Shown: one piece after another, positions 21,151 through 29,041 of the stretch
Layout of the letters: each line of letters opens with the position of its first letter
Numbering within the stretch: position 1 is the stretch's first letter
Virus record (IMG/VR): IMGVR_UViG_3300038954_000199
Length of the DNA: 56,393 nucleotides
From: an uncultured virus (IMG/VR IMGVR_UViG_3300038954_000199)
Taxonomy: Duplodnaviria > Heunggongvirae > Uroviricota > Caudoviricetes
Strand: one strand, 5' to 3'
The notes under the pieces: model-generated
The model's database searches: none
What the model was told of the DNA's origin: nothing
Seen by the model: the letters and a program-made list of their open reading frames with translations, nothing else
Translations under genes and position numbers: made by a program

Positions 21151-21597
21151 ATGTCGAAGGTTTACGAAATCAAATTGACGAAAAAAGAATCGGATGATGT
21201 GATTGAAAAACGCAGGCAGGAGCACCTAGATCATTATCTGTATGAATACAAAATGAATAAACGTCAAGACGATGCGGATGTCCCGCCGGAGCACGTGCAA
21301 GAAAAAATCAAAAATCAAATCGTGTCAGAACGGGAAAATGAAAAAACGATTCTCAAAGCGTTGTTTCAAGCGTTCGCGACCGACAAAGAAAACGAGAAAG
21401 ACCTGTCCGTTTTTAATGAGATGCTTGACAATATTCGGCAGGTTGACGATGCGGAAGATAGTGTACGGCTGACAAAACAGGACAGCGAGCGAATCCGTGA
21501 TACGTTTAAGAAAATGCCAGTGCAGTTCAAAACGCAGTGTTTTCGGTATCCGAACCTGATGAAACAGATTGAGAAACCTGAAGAGGTAGATGTTTAA
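21151..21597 (+). CDS. Putative tail fibre assembly chaperone
   Basis: AAGGAG SD; helical, charged protein closing the fibre cassette. Confidence 0.45.
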   Translation: MSKVYEIKLTKKESDDVIEKRRQEHLDHYLYEYKMNKRQDDADVPPEHVQEKIKNQIVSERENEKTILKALFQAFATDKENEKDLSVFNEMLDNIRQVDDAEDSVRLTKQDSERIRDTFKKMPVQFKTQCFRYPNLMKQIEKPEEVDV

Positions 21598-21644
21598 TAA
21601 CTTTTAAATCTGTAACGGGAATAACTTTATAGTGGTTGATTAAA

Positions 21645-24600
21645 ATGGGATATGGAACATATTCATATGGAACAAATGATTATGGAGAAGATTCATCAAG
21701 TTCAAGTAGTAGTAGTATGAGTTCCTCCTCGTCATCTTTTTCATCAAGTTCTTGTTCAAGTAGTTATTCTAGTAGTTCATGTTCTTCTTCATGCTCAAGT
21801 AGTTATTCTAGTAGTTCATGTTCTTCTTCATGCTCAAGTAGTTATTCTAGTAGTTCATGTTCTTCTTCATGTTCAAGTAGTTTTTCCAGTAGTTCATCCT
21901 CCTCTCCAAGTGACTCGGGAATACGATATTATGTTTCTGATGGTGCAACGGCAACGTGGGACGATCCTCTTAATTGGGCCTATATATCTGGGGGTTATGG
22001 TGGTGCTGGAGTTCCAGATGCAACCAATGATGTTGTTTTTGATGCAAATTCTCCTGATTGTGATATAAACATAACAGATGCAGCAGCCTTAACAGTAACA
22101 ACCGAAAGTGATTTTTCGAACACTATTAGTTTTACAGTAAGTAATGCTAAATTGACAATAGAAGGTGATGGAGATTTTAGTTATGGTACTCTTGCTTTTG
22201 GAACTAATAATGCAACTCTAATTTGTAATAATACGGATAGTGGAACACTTACATCGTTTTCTACAGTAACCGCAGGCGATGGAACAGTTTGTGTAAAAAG
22301 AACAAACGAACTCGCGGCAAACAGCGTAACTTTTTATAATTTAGAAATCGGAGACAATGGCTACACGACAGTATTTTTAAGTTCTTCACTAAATTTTACA
22401 AATAACTTTACATTAAAAGAAAATTCCACGTTTGATGGAAATGGAAATGTAATTAATTATACAGGAACACCAAGTAACAACGAAATAATTACTTTTGAAA
22501 GTGGCTGCTCGTGGACTGATTCCGGATCGCTTACGCGAATGTACCTGGATCCTGCTGGAAGTGGCACCGCTACTATAGGTGGTGCTGGTATGACAAGTAC
22601 AGCGGACGCAAAATGCAATTTATGGTTTCCTTATGATAATAGTAATACTATGACACTTCGTCAAAGTGCTGATAAAGCTTGGGATTATATTTATTTTGAA
22701 GGACCATCTTTTACGTATGAGACTGATGGGTATGACTTAGAATTAGATGGAGGCGGGATTGGTAGTTATGTAGATGATGGAGAATTGGACCTATCTGGAG
22801 GTACTGGCGGAACGTCTACAGTGACAGTAGGACCAACTGATGGGCTTGATATTAGTGGTACCCTAACTCAGGGTGATGCAATATTAAACGTTACTAATAC
22901 AGACTCAGACAGTTTAACTTGTTCCGGTACATTTAACGGGGGAACAGGTAATATAACTGTTTATGGCAGTCTTGGTGTACATTTTGGTAGTTTTGTACAA
23001 GGAGCACAGACTATTATTGTTTACAAAGATCTGGTTGTGAACGGCGATTATTTTACAAAAAACGCATCTGGATTAATTAAAATGGAACCTTCTGGTGCTG
23101 TGCAGAAGTTAGATATAGCGGATACTGTCGATCTTGGTAACATTGAAATAGACGCCGGATATAATGAAGTGCAGACGACTGACTCGACAACTAATATTAA
23201 CGTATCCGACTTTACGCTAACCTCTGGTACGTTTACACACGATAGCGGTAATTGGTTTAATATTGGCGGATCATTTACGTTAACAGATGGAACAATGTCG
23301 GTCAGTGATAATATGGAGATAGATGGATCTATCTCCATGAGTGGTGGTACGTTAAACATAAGTAGTTCCCCTAACATAATATTTAATAACTCTTTATCCT
23401 TATCAGGAACATCTATATCAGATAGTACTGGTAATTGGTTTTATGATCCCTCTGGAGGTGGGGGAGATAATATTGATTTTAATGGAGAAACAGTACATAA
23501 TCTGAATCTTGGTAGCGATAATGATCCAAATTCCAATATAACTGGAAATGTTGTCGTTGATGGAACACTTAGTATAACAGACAATGTAACTGTGACGGTT
23601 ACTTCGGGTGTAACTGTTGAAGCCGATGCTATTTCTTGGAATGGAACATCAGGTAATTTAATAACACTACGAGCATCTGGAGCAACTCATTGGTATTTAA
23701 TTTGTAATGGTAATTACGGGAGCAACTCTGTATCATATGTAGATGTACAGTTATGTGATGCTTATGGATCCCCGTCAGATCCTACAGGACAAACAATTGA
23801 TGCTACTGATGGAACAAATACGGACTCGGGTGATAACTTAAACTGGGACTTTGGATCTGGGGCGTCATCCTCATCCTCTTTTTCATCAAGTTCCAGTTCA
23901 TGTTCGAGTAGTTTTTCTAGTAGTTCCTGCTCCAGTAGTTTTTCTAGTAGTTCCTGCTCCAGTAGTTTTTCTAGTAGTTCCTGCTCCAGTAGTTTTTCTA
24001 GTAGTTCCTGCTCCAGTAGTTTTTCTAGTAGTTCCTGCTCCAGTAGTTTTTCCAGTAGTTCATCCTCCTCTCCAAGTGACTCGGGAATACGATATTATGT
24101 TTCTGATGGTGCAACGGCAACGTGGGACGATCCTCTTAATTGGGCCTATATATCTGGGGGTTATGGTGGTGCTGGAGTTCCAGATGCAACCAATGATGTT
24201 GTTTTTGATGCAAACTCATCCAGGTCCTGCCCGTTAAACTCTAATGCAAATTGTAAATCTGTTACATTTTCAAGTTATTCCCATACTCTAACTACCAATA
24301 GTAGAACGTTAGAGATAGAAGAGGCTTCTAGTATTGTTGGAGGAACAGTTGATATATCAAGTGGAACAATTATACTAAAAGAAAGTTCTACGATAAGACC
24401 TTCAAGTGTTACTACAGGAGGCACATGGTCCTTTGAAGCTTCATCCACATTAACTATAAAAGTTGATCGAAATACAAATCTAGGTAATGTATCGGTATCA
24501 GGTGCAGGTACTTTGGTAGTAGATCAAGATGCAACCAATGGTGGGTTATTATGCGATTCTTTAATTTCTACTACTGACATTGAATCTACATCTTCTGCCT

Positions 24601-25607
24601 ATATTGATGCAGAAGAATGGATATTAACCAGTTGTTCTTTAACTGCTGGATCTAATGTATATTTTAGAGGTAGTGCTACGTTTGATACGGTAACCGTAGG
24701 TTCCACAGGAACATTTATTATAGCTGCTGATGGAGTATATGATTTTGATGGTGCTACATTTCCAAATATGTCCACCGCTTCCGGTGGAAAAACAGTATCA
24801 TTCCAATCAAACTTTTCTACCTTTGGTACAATGACCCTAAATGATAATGATGATATTTCATTTTCTACATCAGGAACATTTAATTTTAATACTATAGACT
24901 GGACAGGATCTTCCGGAAATCTAATTACGATATCCTCATCGGGTATTGGTACATGGGCTTTAGATGTGGATATAGCTAGCCCTACAGTATCATATATAGA
25001 TGTTACAAACAGTAATGCCTCATTTGGAAATTCAATTGATGCTACCGACGGGACAAGTATCGACAATGGTGGAAATACTAACTGGCTGTTTCCTTCTTCA
25101 TCAAGCAGTTCATCAAGTTGCAGTTCAAGTCTTAGTTCATCATCAAGTTGTTCGTGTTCTTTATCTTGTTCATCAAGCTCGTCCTTTAGCTCTTGTTCTT
25201 CAAGTTCTTCTTATAGTTGTTCATCGAGTTCTTCCTATTCTTCATGCTCATCATCAGTATCGTCGTGTTCAAGTTCCTCCTCGTTTTCATCAAGCAGTTT
25301 CTCATCGTGCTCATCAAGTTTTTCATCTTGTTCTAGCTCGTCTGTTTCCGGTTCCAGTTTTACAGCACGTTTTCATGAGAGAACGACAATTGAAGAAGAA
25401 GAAGGGATCGTTTATTATTCAAACGCCAACATAGAAGATTTTCTATATGCACCATTTAAAGGTGTTCCAAGATATATATTTAATAGAGGATATCCAATAG
25501 ATGAAAATGCTGGCGATAGATATGAAGAACTAACCAGAAATGCTATTGGTAATCATTTTTTAACTATGATTAAATATCCTGGAATAGTTGATAGAAGGAA
25601 TGTCTAA
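21645..25607 (+). CDS. Giant adhesin-like virion protein: two beta-helix modules joined by Ser/Cys tracts
   Basis: ATG at 21645 lies in the listed 21636 frame. Three poly-Ser/Cys tracts; two modules starting RYYV...W...NW...P...VVFDANS and ending IDATDGT..D.G.N.NW.F; Gly/Thr/Asn-rich passenger-like repeats. Confidence 0.7.
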   Translation: MGYGTYSYGTNDYGEDSSSSSSSSMSSSSSSFSSSSCSSSYSSSSCSSSCSSSYSSSSCSSSCSSSYSSSSCSSSCSSSFSSSSSSSPSDSGIRYYVSDGATATWDDPLNWAYISGGYGGAGVPDATNDVVFDANSPDCDINITDAAALTVTTESDFSNTISFTVSNAKLTIEGDGDFSYGTLAFGTNNATLICNNTDSGTLTSFSTVTAGDGTVCVKRTNELAANSVTFYNLEIGDNGYTTVFLSSSLNFTNNFTLKENSTFDGNGNVINYTGTPSNNEIITFESGCSWTDSGSLTRMYLDPAGSGTATIGGAGMTSTADAKCNLWFPYDNSNTMTLRQSADKAWDYIYFEGPSFTYETDGYDLELDGGGIGSYVDDGELDLSGGTGGTSTVTVGPTDGLDISGTLTQGDAILNVTNTDSDSLTCSGTFNGGTGNITVYGSLGVHFGSFVQGAQTIIVYKDLVVNGDYFTKNASGLIKMEPSGAVQKLDIADTVDLGNIEIDAGYNEVQTTDSTTNINVSDFTLTSGTFTHDSGNWFNIGGSFTLTDGTMSVSDNMEIDGSISMSGGTLNISSSPNIIFNNSLSLSGTSISDSTGNWFYDPSGGGGDNIDFNGETVHNLNLGSDNDPNSNITGNVVVDGTLSITDNVTVTVTSGVTVEADAISWNGTSGNLITLRASGATHWYLICNGNYGSNSVSYVDVQLCDAYGSPSDPTGQTIDATDGTNTDSGDNLNWDFGSGASSSSSFSSSSSSCSSSFSSSSCSSSFSSSSCSSSFSSSSCSSSFSSSSCSSSFSSSSCSSSFSSSSSSSPSDSGIRYYVSDGATATWDDPLNWAYISGGYGGAGVPDATNDVVFDANSSRSCPLNSNANCKSVTFSSYSHTLTTNSRTLEIEEASSIVGGTVDISSGTIILKESSTIRPSSVTTGGTWSFEASSTLTIKVDRNTNLGNVSVSGAGTLVVDQDATNGGLLCDSLISTTDIESTSSAYIDAEEWILTSCSLTAGSNVYFRGSATFDTVTVGSTGTFIIAADGVYDFDGATFPNMSTASGGKTVSFQSNFSTFGTMTLNDNDDISFSTSGTFNFNTIDWTGSSGNLITISSSGIGTWALDVDIASPTVSYIDVTNSNASFGNSIDATDGTSIDNGGNTNWLFPSSSSSSSSCSSSLSSSSSCSCSLSCSSSSSFSSCSSSSSYSCSSSSSYSSCSSSVSSCSSSSSFSSSSFSSCSSSFSSCSSSSVSGSSFTARFHERTTIEEEEGIVYYSNANIEDFLYAPFKGVPRYIFNRGYPIDENAGDRYEELTRNAIGNHFLTMIKYPGIVDRRNV
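21756..21872 (+). repeat. 39-bp tandem repeat x3 encoding Ser/Cys/Tyr linker
   Basis: Unit tcaagtagttattctagtagttcatgttcttcttcatg(c/t) starts at 21756, 21795 and 21834. Confidence 0.9.
21876..22048 (+). repeat. 173-bp exact direct repeat, copy 1
   Basis: Identical to 24042..24214 by direct comparison. Confidence 0.92.
23907..24041 (+). repeat. 27-bp perfect tandem repeat x5 encoding SSFSSSSCS
   Basis: Unit agtagtttttctagtagttcctgctcc at 23907, 23934, 23961, 23988 and 24015. Confidence 0.95.
24042..24214 (+). repeat. 173-bp exact direct repeat, copy 2
   Basis: Identical to 21876..22048. Confidence 0.92.
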
Positions 25608-26173
25608 TGTCGAGTTCATCCAGTTGTTCATCATCCAGTTTTTCGAGTTTCTCCAGTTGTTCATCATCAAGTTCGTATACGGGCTTCTCGGCTCCGTCCC
25701 TGTCCGTCACAGACGGAAATTTTGAAGTATTGGCCCATGATACATCTAATAACGTTATCGTTAATTCTGGGGTCGGATACGACGGTTATGGAAACAGATT
25801 GTCTTTAGATGTTCGTAGAAAAATACAATTAGACTTTTCAGATATTTTGGGATCTTTTGCATACCTATGTATTAGACGACGTACTGCACCAATCTTAATA
25901 GATTATCAAGATCACCCATATTATTGCCTTCCAAAAGCAACCAAACGAGCGGTAGATGTTGAATTTTACTTAACAGAAGATATTGTCGGTATTAGTATTG
26001 ATAACGGATATGGATATTATCCGGCACTAGACGACAATAATATTATTAATGGATTAGTTCTTGCAAAAGTATATAAAAACGCATCGGATAAGCCGGATAT
26101 TACTTGGAGATCTCCAATGTTAGCTGTAAAAGACGGTACTTTTTTTAACTTAGATGGATTTAATGTGGGGTAA
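25607..26173 (+). CDS. Poly-Ser/Cys-led paralogue of the C-terminal two-thirds of 17654..18208
   Basis: Shared motifs: G.G(F/Y)D..G.RL, YLC, DY..HPY, (L/V)EF(F/Y), YP...DNN...GLVLAK, RSP. Confidence 0.7.
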   Translation: MSSSSSCSSSSFSSFSSCSSSSSYTGFSAPSLSVTDGNFEVLAHDTSNNVIVNSGVGYDGYGNRLSLDVRRKIQLDFSDILGSFAYLCIRRRTAPILIDYQDHPYYCLPKATKRAVDVEFYLTEDIVGISIDNGYGYYPALDDNNIINGLVLAKVYKNASDKPDITWRSPMLAVKDGTFFNLDGFNVG

Positions 26174-26175
26174 TT

Positions 26176-26445
26176 ATGATAATTCTTAAAATGCCTGATG
26201 GAGAAGAAAAAAAAATTAATTTACCGACTACAGAAAAAGAACAAAAATTATATGATTTGTGGAAAACGTCAAAAAATAAAAAAATAACTTTGGTGGTAGA
26301 TGGTAGTTCGGTAGAGATAAAACTTTGTGATATATTAAATTGTCATATTGTAAAAAATAATGAGGATAATATAAATAGGTCAAGATCATATGTAGGCTCT
26401 GATAATGATGTGCTTGATTTTTTAAAAGATATGTTTGGAATGTAA
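26176..26445 (+). CDS. Hypothetical protein
   Basis: 89 aa ORF ending the + strand operon, just before a terminator hairpin. Confidence 0.6.
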   Translation: MIILKMPDGEEKKINLPTTEKEQKLYDLWKTSKNKKITLVVDGSSVEIKLCDILNCHIVKNNEDNINRSRSYVGSDNDVLDFLKDMFGM

Positions 26446-26475
26446 AAAAAAAGAGGCAACAAAAGTTGCCTCTTT
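26444..26475 (-). terminator. Intrinsic terminator at the convergent strand switch (possibly bidirectional)
   Basis: Perfect stem aaagaggcaac/gttgcctcttt with a 4-nt loop; the A-run at 26444-26452 gives a U-tract on the - strand. Confidence 0.8.
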
Positions 26476-26510
26476 AAGAGAAGTGTCCAAAGACCAACTT
26501 TTACTAATTT

Positions 26511-27470
26511 CTAGTTCCCAATTAACACGTCGCAATCCAGATCAAATTCTCCTACTTTTTTGCTTAGTCTTATATAGACTCGTTTCTCATCGTATTCCGA
26601 ATCATCGTAATATTGTACAAAATATTCGTACTCCCAACTTGGCATCAATCCTCGTACTTTTTTTGCTTCTCTGAATTGCGAATCATTAAGTGTGCGTTTT
26701 TCTGATTCTTTGCAAACTACATCATCTATTTCAGGTAGATGATACTTAGATGTATCAAGATAGACTACTAAGGGAGTTTTTAATAAAGATTCACATTCCG
26801 CCGTCTTCAAAATGTAAATCGCTTCAGCCATTGGCATCACATCTTCAGACCAGCGCTGTTTTTGTGTTTCTGTTCCGACTTTGTTAATTGCTTCTGTCAA
26901 TTGTTTGTGTTTTCTCTCTTCTCGTTCCTCACGTTTTTTTATTGATGCATCAAGACGATTTCGTTCATCTCGTTCGAGTTGTTCGTGTATATGTTTGTAA
27001 TTGTTTTTAAGTTTTTGAAATCGTTCTTTATGATCACCTGTCAAAAGAGACACCGGTAAATTCTCAGACTCATTGACAAAATACCGGATTTCCCTGATGG
27101 TCAAAGAAATTACTTTTGTTGGGTCTGTCTTTGTAAATCTTTTTTCGAAAAAAGATAACAGTTTTTCGGCTTCATCTATTTTTTCTTCTCTCTCTCTTTT
27201 ACGATCAGCTTGATAGAAAGCGTAAAAATCTTCTTCATCAATCAAAGAGGCAACCGGATATATAAGCTCATCCGTTCCCTTTGTGTAGTGACCGTGTTCT
27301 GTACGGAGATGCAGTGACCCGTTATGATACACATGTACCTCGTTAGGGGTTTCTTTTAGAAGGGGAGTAAGATCTACCGAGATGTTTCGAGTCTTGTGAG
27401 CAGGTTGTCCGTCTTTTGCGAGTTCTCGTTGCAGTTCATTTGTGATGCGGTACGTGATTTCCGTTTTCAT
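26511..27470 (-). CDS. Hypothetical protein (coiled-coil, probably early)
   Basis: 319 aa ORF with GAAAGGA SD, preceded by a structured leader. Confidence 0.75.
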   Translation of the reverse strand: MKTEITYRITNELQRELAKDGQPAHKTRNISVDLTPLLKETPNEVHVYHNGSLHLRTEHGHYTKGTDELIYPVASLIDEEDFYAFYQADRKREREEKIDEAEKLLSFFEKRFTKTDPTKVISLTIREIRYFVNESENLPVSLLTGDHKERFQKLKNNYKHIHEQLERDERNRLDASIKKREEREERKHKQLTEAINKVGTETQKQRWSEDVMPMAEAIYILKTAECESLLKTPLVVYLDTSKYHLPEIDDVVCKESEKRTLNDSQFREAKKVRGLMPSWEYEYFVQYYDDSEYDEKRVYIRLSKKVGEFDLDCDVLIGN

Positions 27471-27483
27471 GATAAGTCCTTTC

Positions 27484-27577
27484 TGCCGAGGTTTCCGGCA
27501 ATGGTTGTGCTGGTTTTTCCAGCTTGTTGTCCCGGAGTTCCGGGGTTAGTTACATAGTTACATAGTTACAAAGTTAC
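27484..27577 (-). promoter_or_regulatory. Structured leader: 8-bp tandem repeats followed by three GC hairpins
   Basis: On the - strand: about four (T)GTAACT(A/T) units, then CCCGG-aact-CCGGG, GCTGG-aaaaa-CCAGC and TGCCG-gaaacct-CGGCA, separated by ACAAC-containing linkers. Confidence 0.6.
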
Positions 27578-27630
27578 TACTTTATTGTTTTCGTCAGACG
27601 TGAAATCGAATAGATTTTTTATTGGGGTTG

Positions 27631-27816
27631 TTAACACAATGTTAGCAACCCACCCTTTTCCAAAAAACCCTCTTTTTTGGCGCGATATAGTATAGCATCT
27701 ATTGCGGTGTTCATACGATCACTTGTCACCCGGAATCCGTACTTACCAGTCCCAAATGATGAGGGGCCTGCATCTTGTATGTCTTCTGGATTTGTCAGAT
27801 TTACAAAGTATACCAT
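27631..27816 (-). CDS. Hypothetical protein
   Basis: 61 aa ORF with a GGAG SD. Confidence 0.5.
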   Translation of the reverse strand: MVYFVNLTNPEDIQDAGPSSFGTGKYGFRVTSDRMNTAIDAILYRAKKEGFLEKGGLLTLC

Positions 27817-27840
27817 GGTTTCTCCGTTGTCACTCAGTTG

Positions 27841-28944
27841 TTATTGAACAATAATCTTGATCTTTTTGGATACCAAGTTGTTTTGTAACACACCAAAGTA
27901 GATGCCGGGTACTGAGTGATTCCAATTGAATCTACCACCCACAGTTTTTGATATAATTTGTCTACCTCTTATATCATATACGGTAAAGTTTGCTTTATTG
28001 TGATGGGTTTTGAATGTAAAGGAGCGTCCGGGATTAGGATACACTGACAGTGTATTTGATAGTGTATTTGTGTTTTGTGTAACAACTTGGATTTTGGTAG
28101 GATTTTCTGGTTTTATTGAATCTTTGTAAGTATTCCAGTGGTCGATTACTCCTTGTACAATGGAGTCGGTTTCTGTAAGATAATCAAGAGTAATTAATCT
28201 TTCTGCACACATTTTTCCAGGAAAAAGTACTTCCTCTCTATTTTTATCCCAGGGCCAAGAGTAATGTGAAAACGGTGTATAACCACCTAACACCAAAGAA
28301 TCGGGATCATCTTGAGAAACAGAATTTAGTTTAAGTGTATCGGTAATAATGTCCCCAATGTGCGATCCATCTACATATATATAATTTTTATAAATAACGT
28401 AGTAATCCCAATCACCTATTCTGTACCAATCATAGTATTTTATAAGTAATGAGATATAATGCCAATTATTATTATGTATACTTGATTCCAATGAATTTAT
28501 ATAATAGGTATTTACAAATTGCCCGTCGGATCCACCATGTTTTACTTTGAAGGATTTTCCTGTAGACGATACTGATAATTGAACATAGTTTTTATAGTGA
28601 ATGATTGGGTAAAATGATTCTCCCAAAGTATCTGCTGATTCTTGATAAGTTTTGATCCAGCCATCAAATAATACAGATCCAAAACGTCCAGAGTTATATC
28701 CTAATGGATATTTAACTTTGCAACTAATACTACCACCATGACCAATGGTATCGTCGAGTGTTGCGAGGTCAAATGATGATCCTGTTGGACTTGTGGAGTC
28801 AATATATTCACTTCCCGGATAGGGACGTGTATAGTATGATCCAACAATTTCCATATGTTCATACTCTGAAAAATGCACTGCTGATACAGACACTACAAGT
28901 ACCGTAATTAACGTAATTAACGTAATTAACGTAATTAATCTCAT
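27841..28944 (-). CDS. Secreted LamG/ConA-like protein with T9SS type A-like C-terminal sorting domain
   Basis: GGAGG SD; signal peptide ending VSVSA; central NNWHYISL...IYVDG...LVLGG; C-terminus SVYPNP...VYDIRGRQI...PGIYF...KKIKIIVQ. Confidence 0.75.
   Translation of the reverse strand: MRLITLITLITLITVLVVSVSAVHFSEYEHMEIVGSYYTRPYPGSEYIDSTSPTGSSFDLATLDDTIGHGGSISCKVKYPLGYNSGRFGSVLFDGWIKTYQESADTLGESFYPIIHYKNYVQLSVSSTGKSFKVKHGGSDGQFVNTYYINSLESSIHNNNWHYISLLIKYYDWYRIGDWDYYVIYKNYIYVDGSHIGDIITDTLKLNSVSQDDPDSLVLGGYTPFSHYSWPWDKNREEVLFPGKMCAERLITLDYLTETDSIVQGVIDHWNTYKDSIKPENPTKIQVVTQNTNTLSNTLSVYPNPGRSFTFKTHHNKANFTVYDIRGRQIISKTVGGRFNWNHSVPGIYFGVLQNNLVSKKIKIIVQ
28903..28938 (-). repeat. 9-bp tandem repeat x4 (LIT) inside the signal peptide
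   Basis: cgtaattaa x4 on the + strand. Confidence 0.95.
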
Positions 28945-28992
28945 ATTTCCTCCGGGTAAAATTACCTTTAACTTTCCTTTTCATCTACCAAT

Positions 28993-29022
28993 AATATACA
29001 TTAATACACTTGTTAAGTGCAA
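28993..29022 (-). promoter_or_regulatory. Putative sigma70-type promoter for the T9SS-cargo gene
   Basis: TTGCAC-18 nt-TATATT. Confidence 0.5.
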
Positions 29023-29041
29023 GCGTTTTTATAATTATTTT

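Noticed and set aside
21876..24214. 173-bp repeat pair as a DGR template/variable repeat
   Set aside because: The copies are identical with no adenine-specific mismatches, both are coding and internal, and no reverse transcriptase is in the window.
23851..24237. Alternative-frame ORF with VVFLVVPAP repeats (also 25000..25434)
   Set aside because: By-product of the stop-free Ser repeat DNA inside the adhesin gene; no SD or independent support.
25590..25612. Programmed -1 frameshift joining the adhesin to 25607..26173
   Set aside because: The -1 frame is closed by TAG at 25592 and there is no slippery heptamer in the remaining 12 nt; an SD plus TAATG coupling explains the junction better.
26435..26674. 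Listed + strand 79-aa ORF after the structural operon
   Set aside because: It runs through the terminator hairpin and lies antisense to 26511..27470.
27547..27577. Short repeats as a possible CRISPR or mini-array
   Set aside because: The 8-bp units are contiguous with no spacers, and no cas genes are visible.
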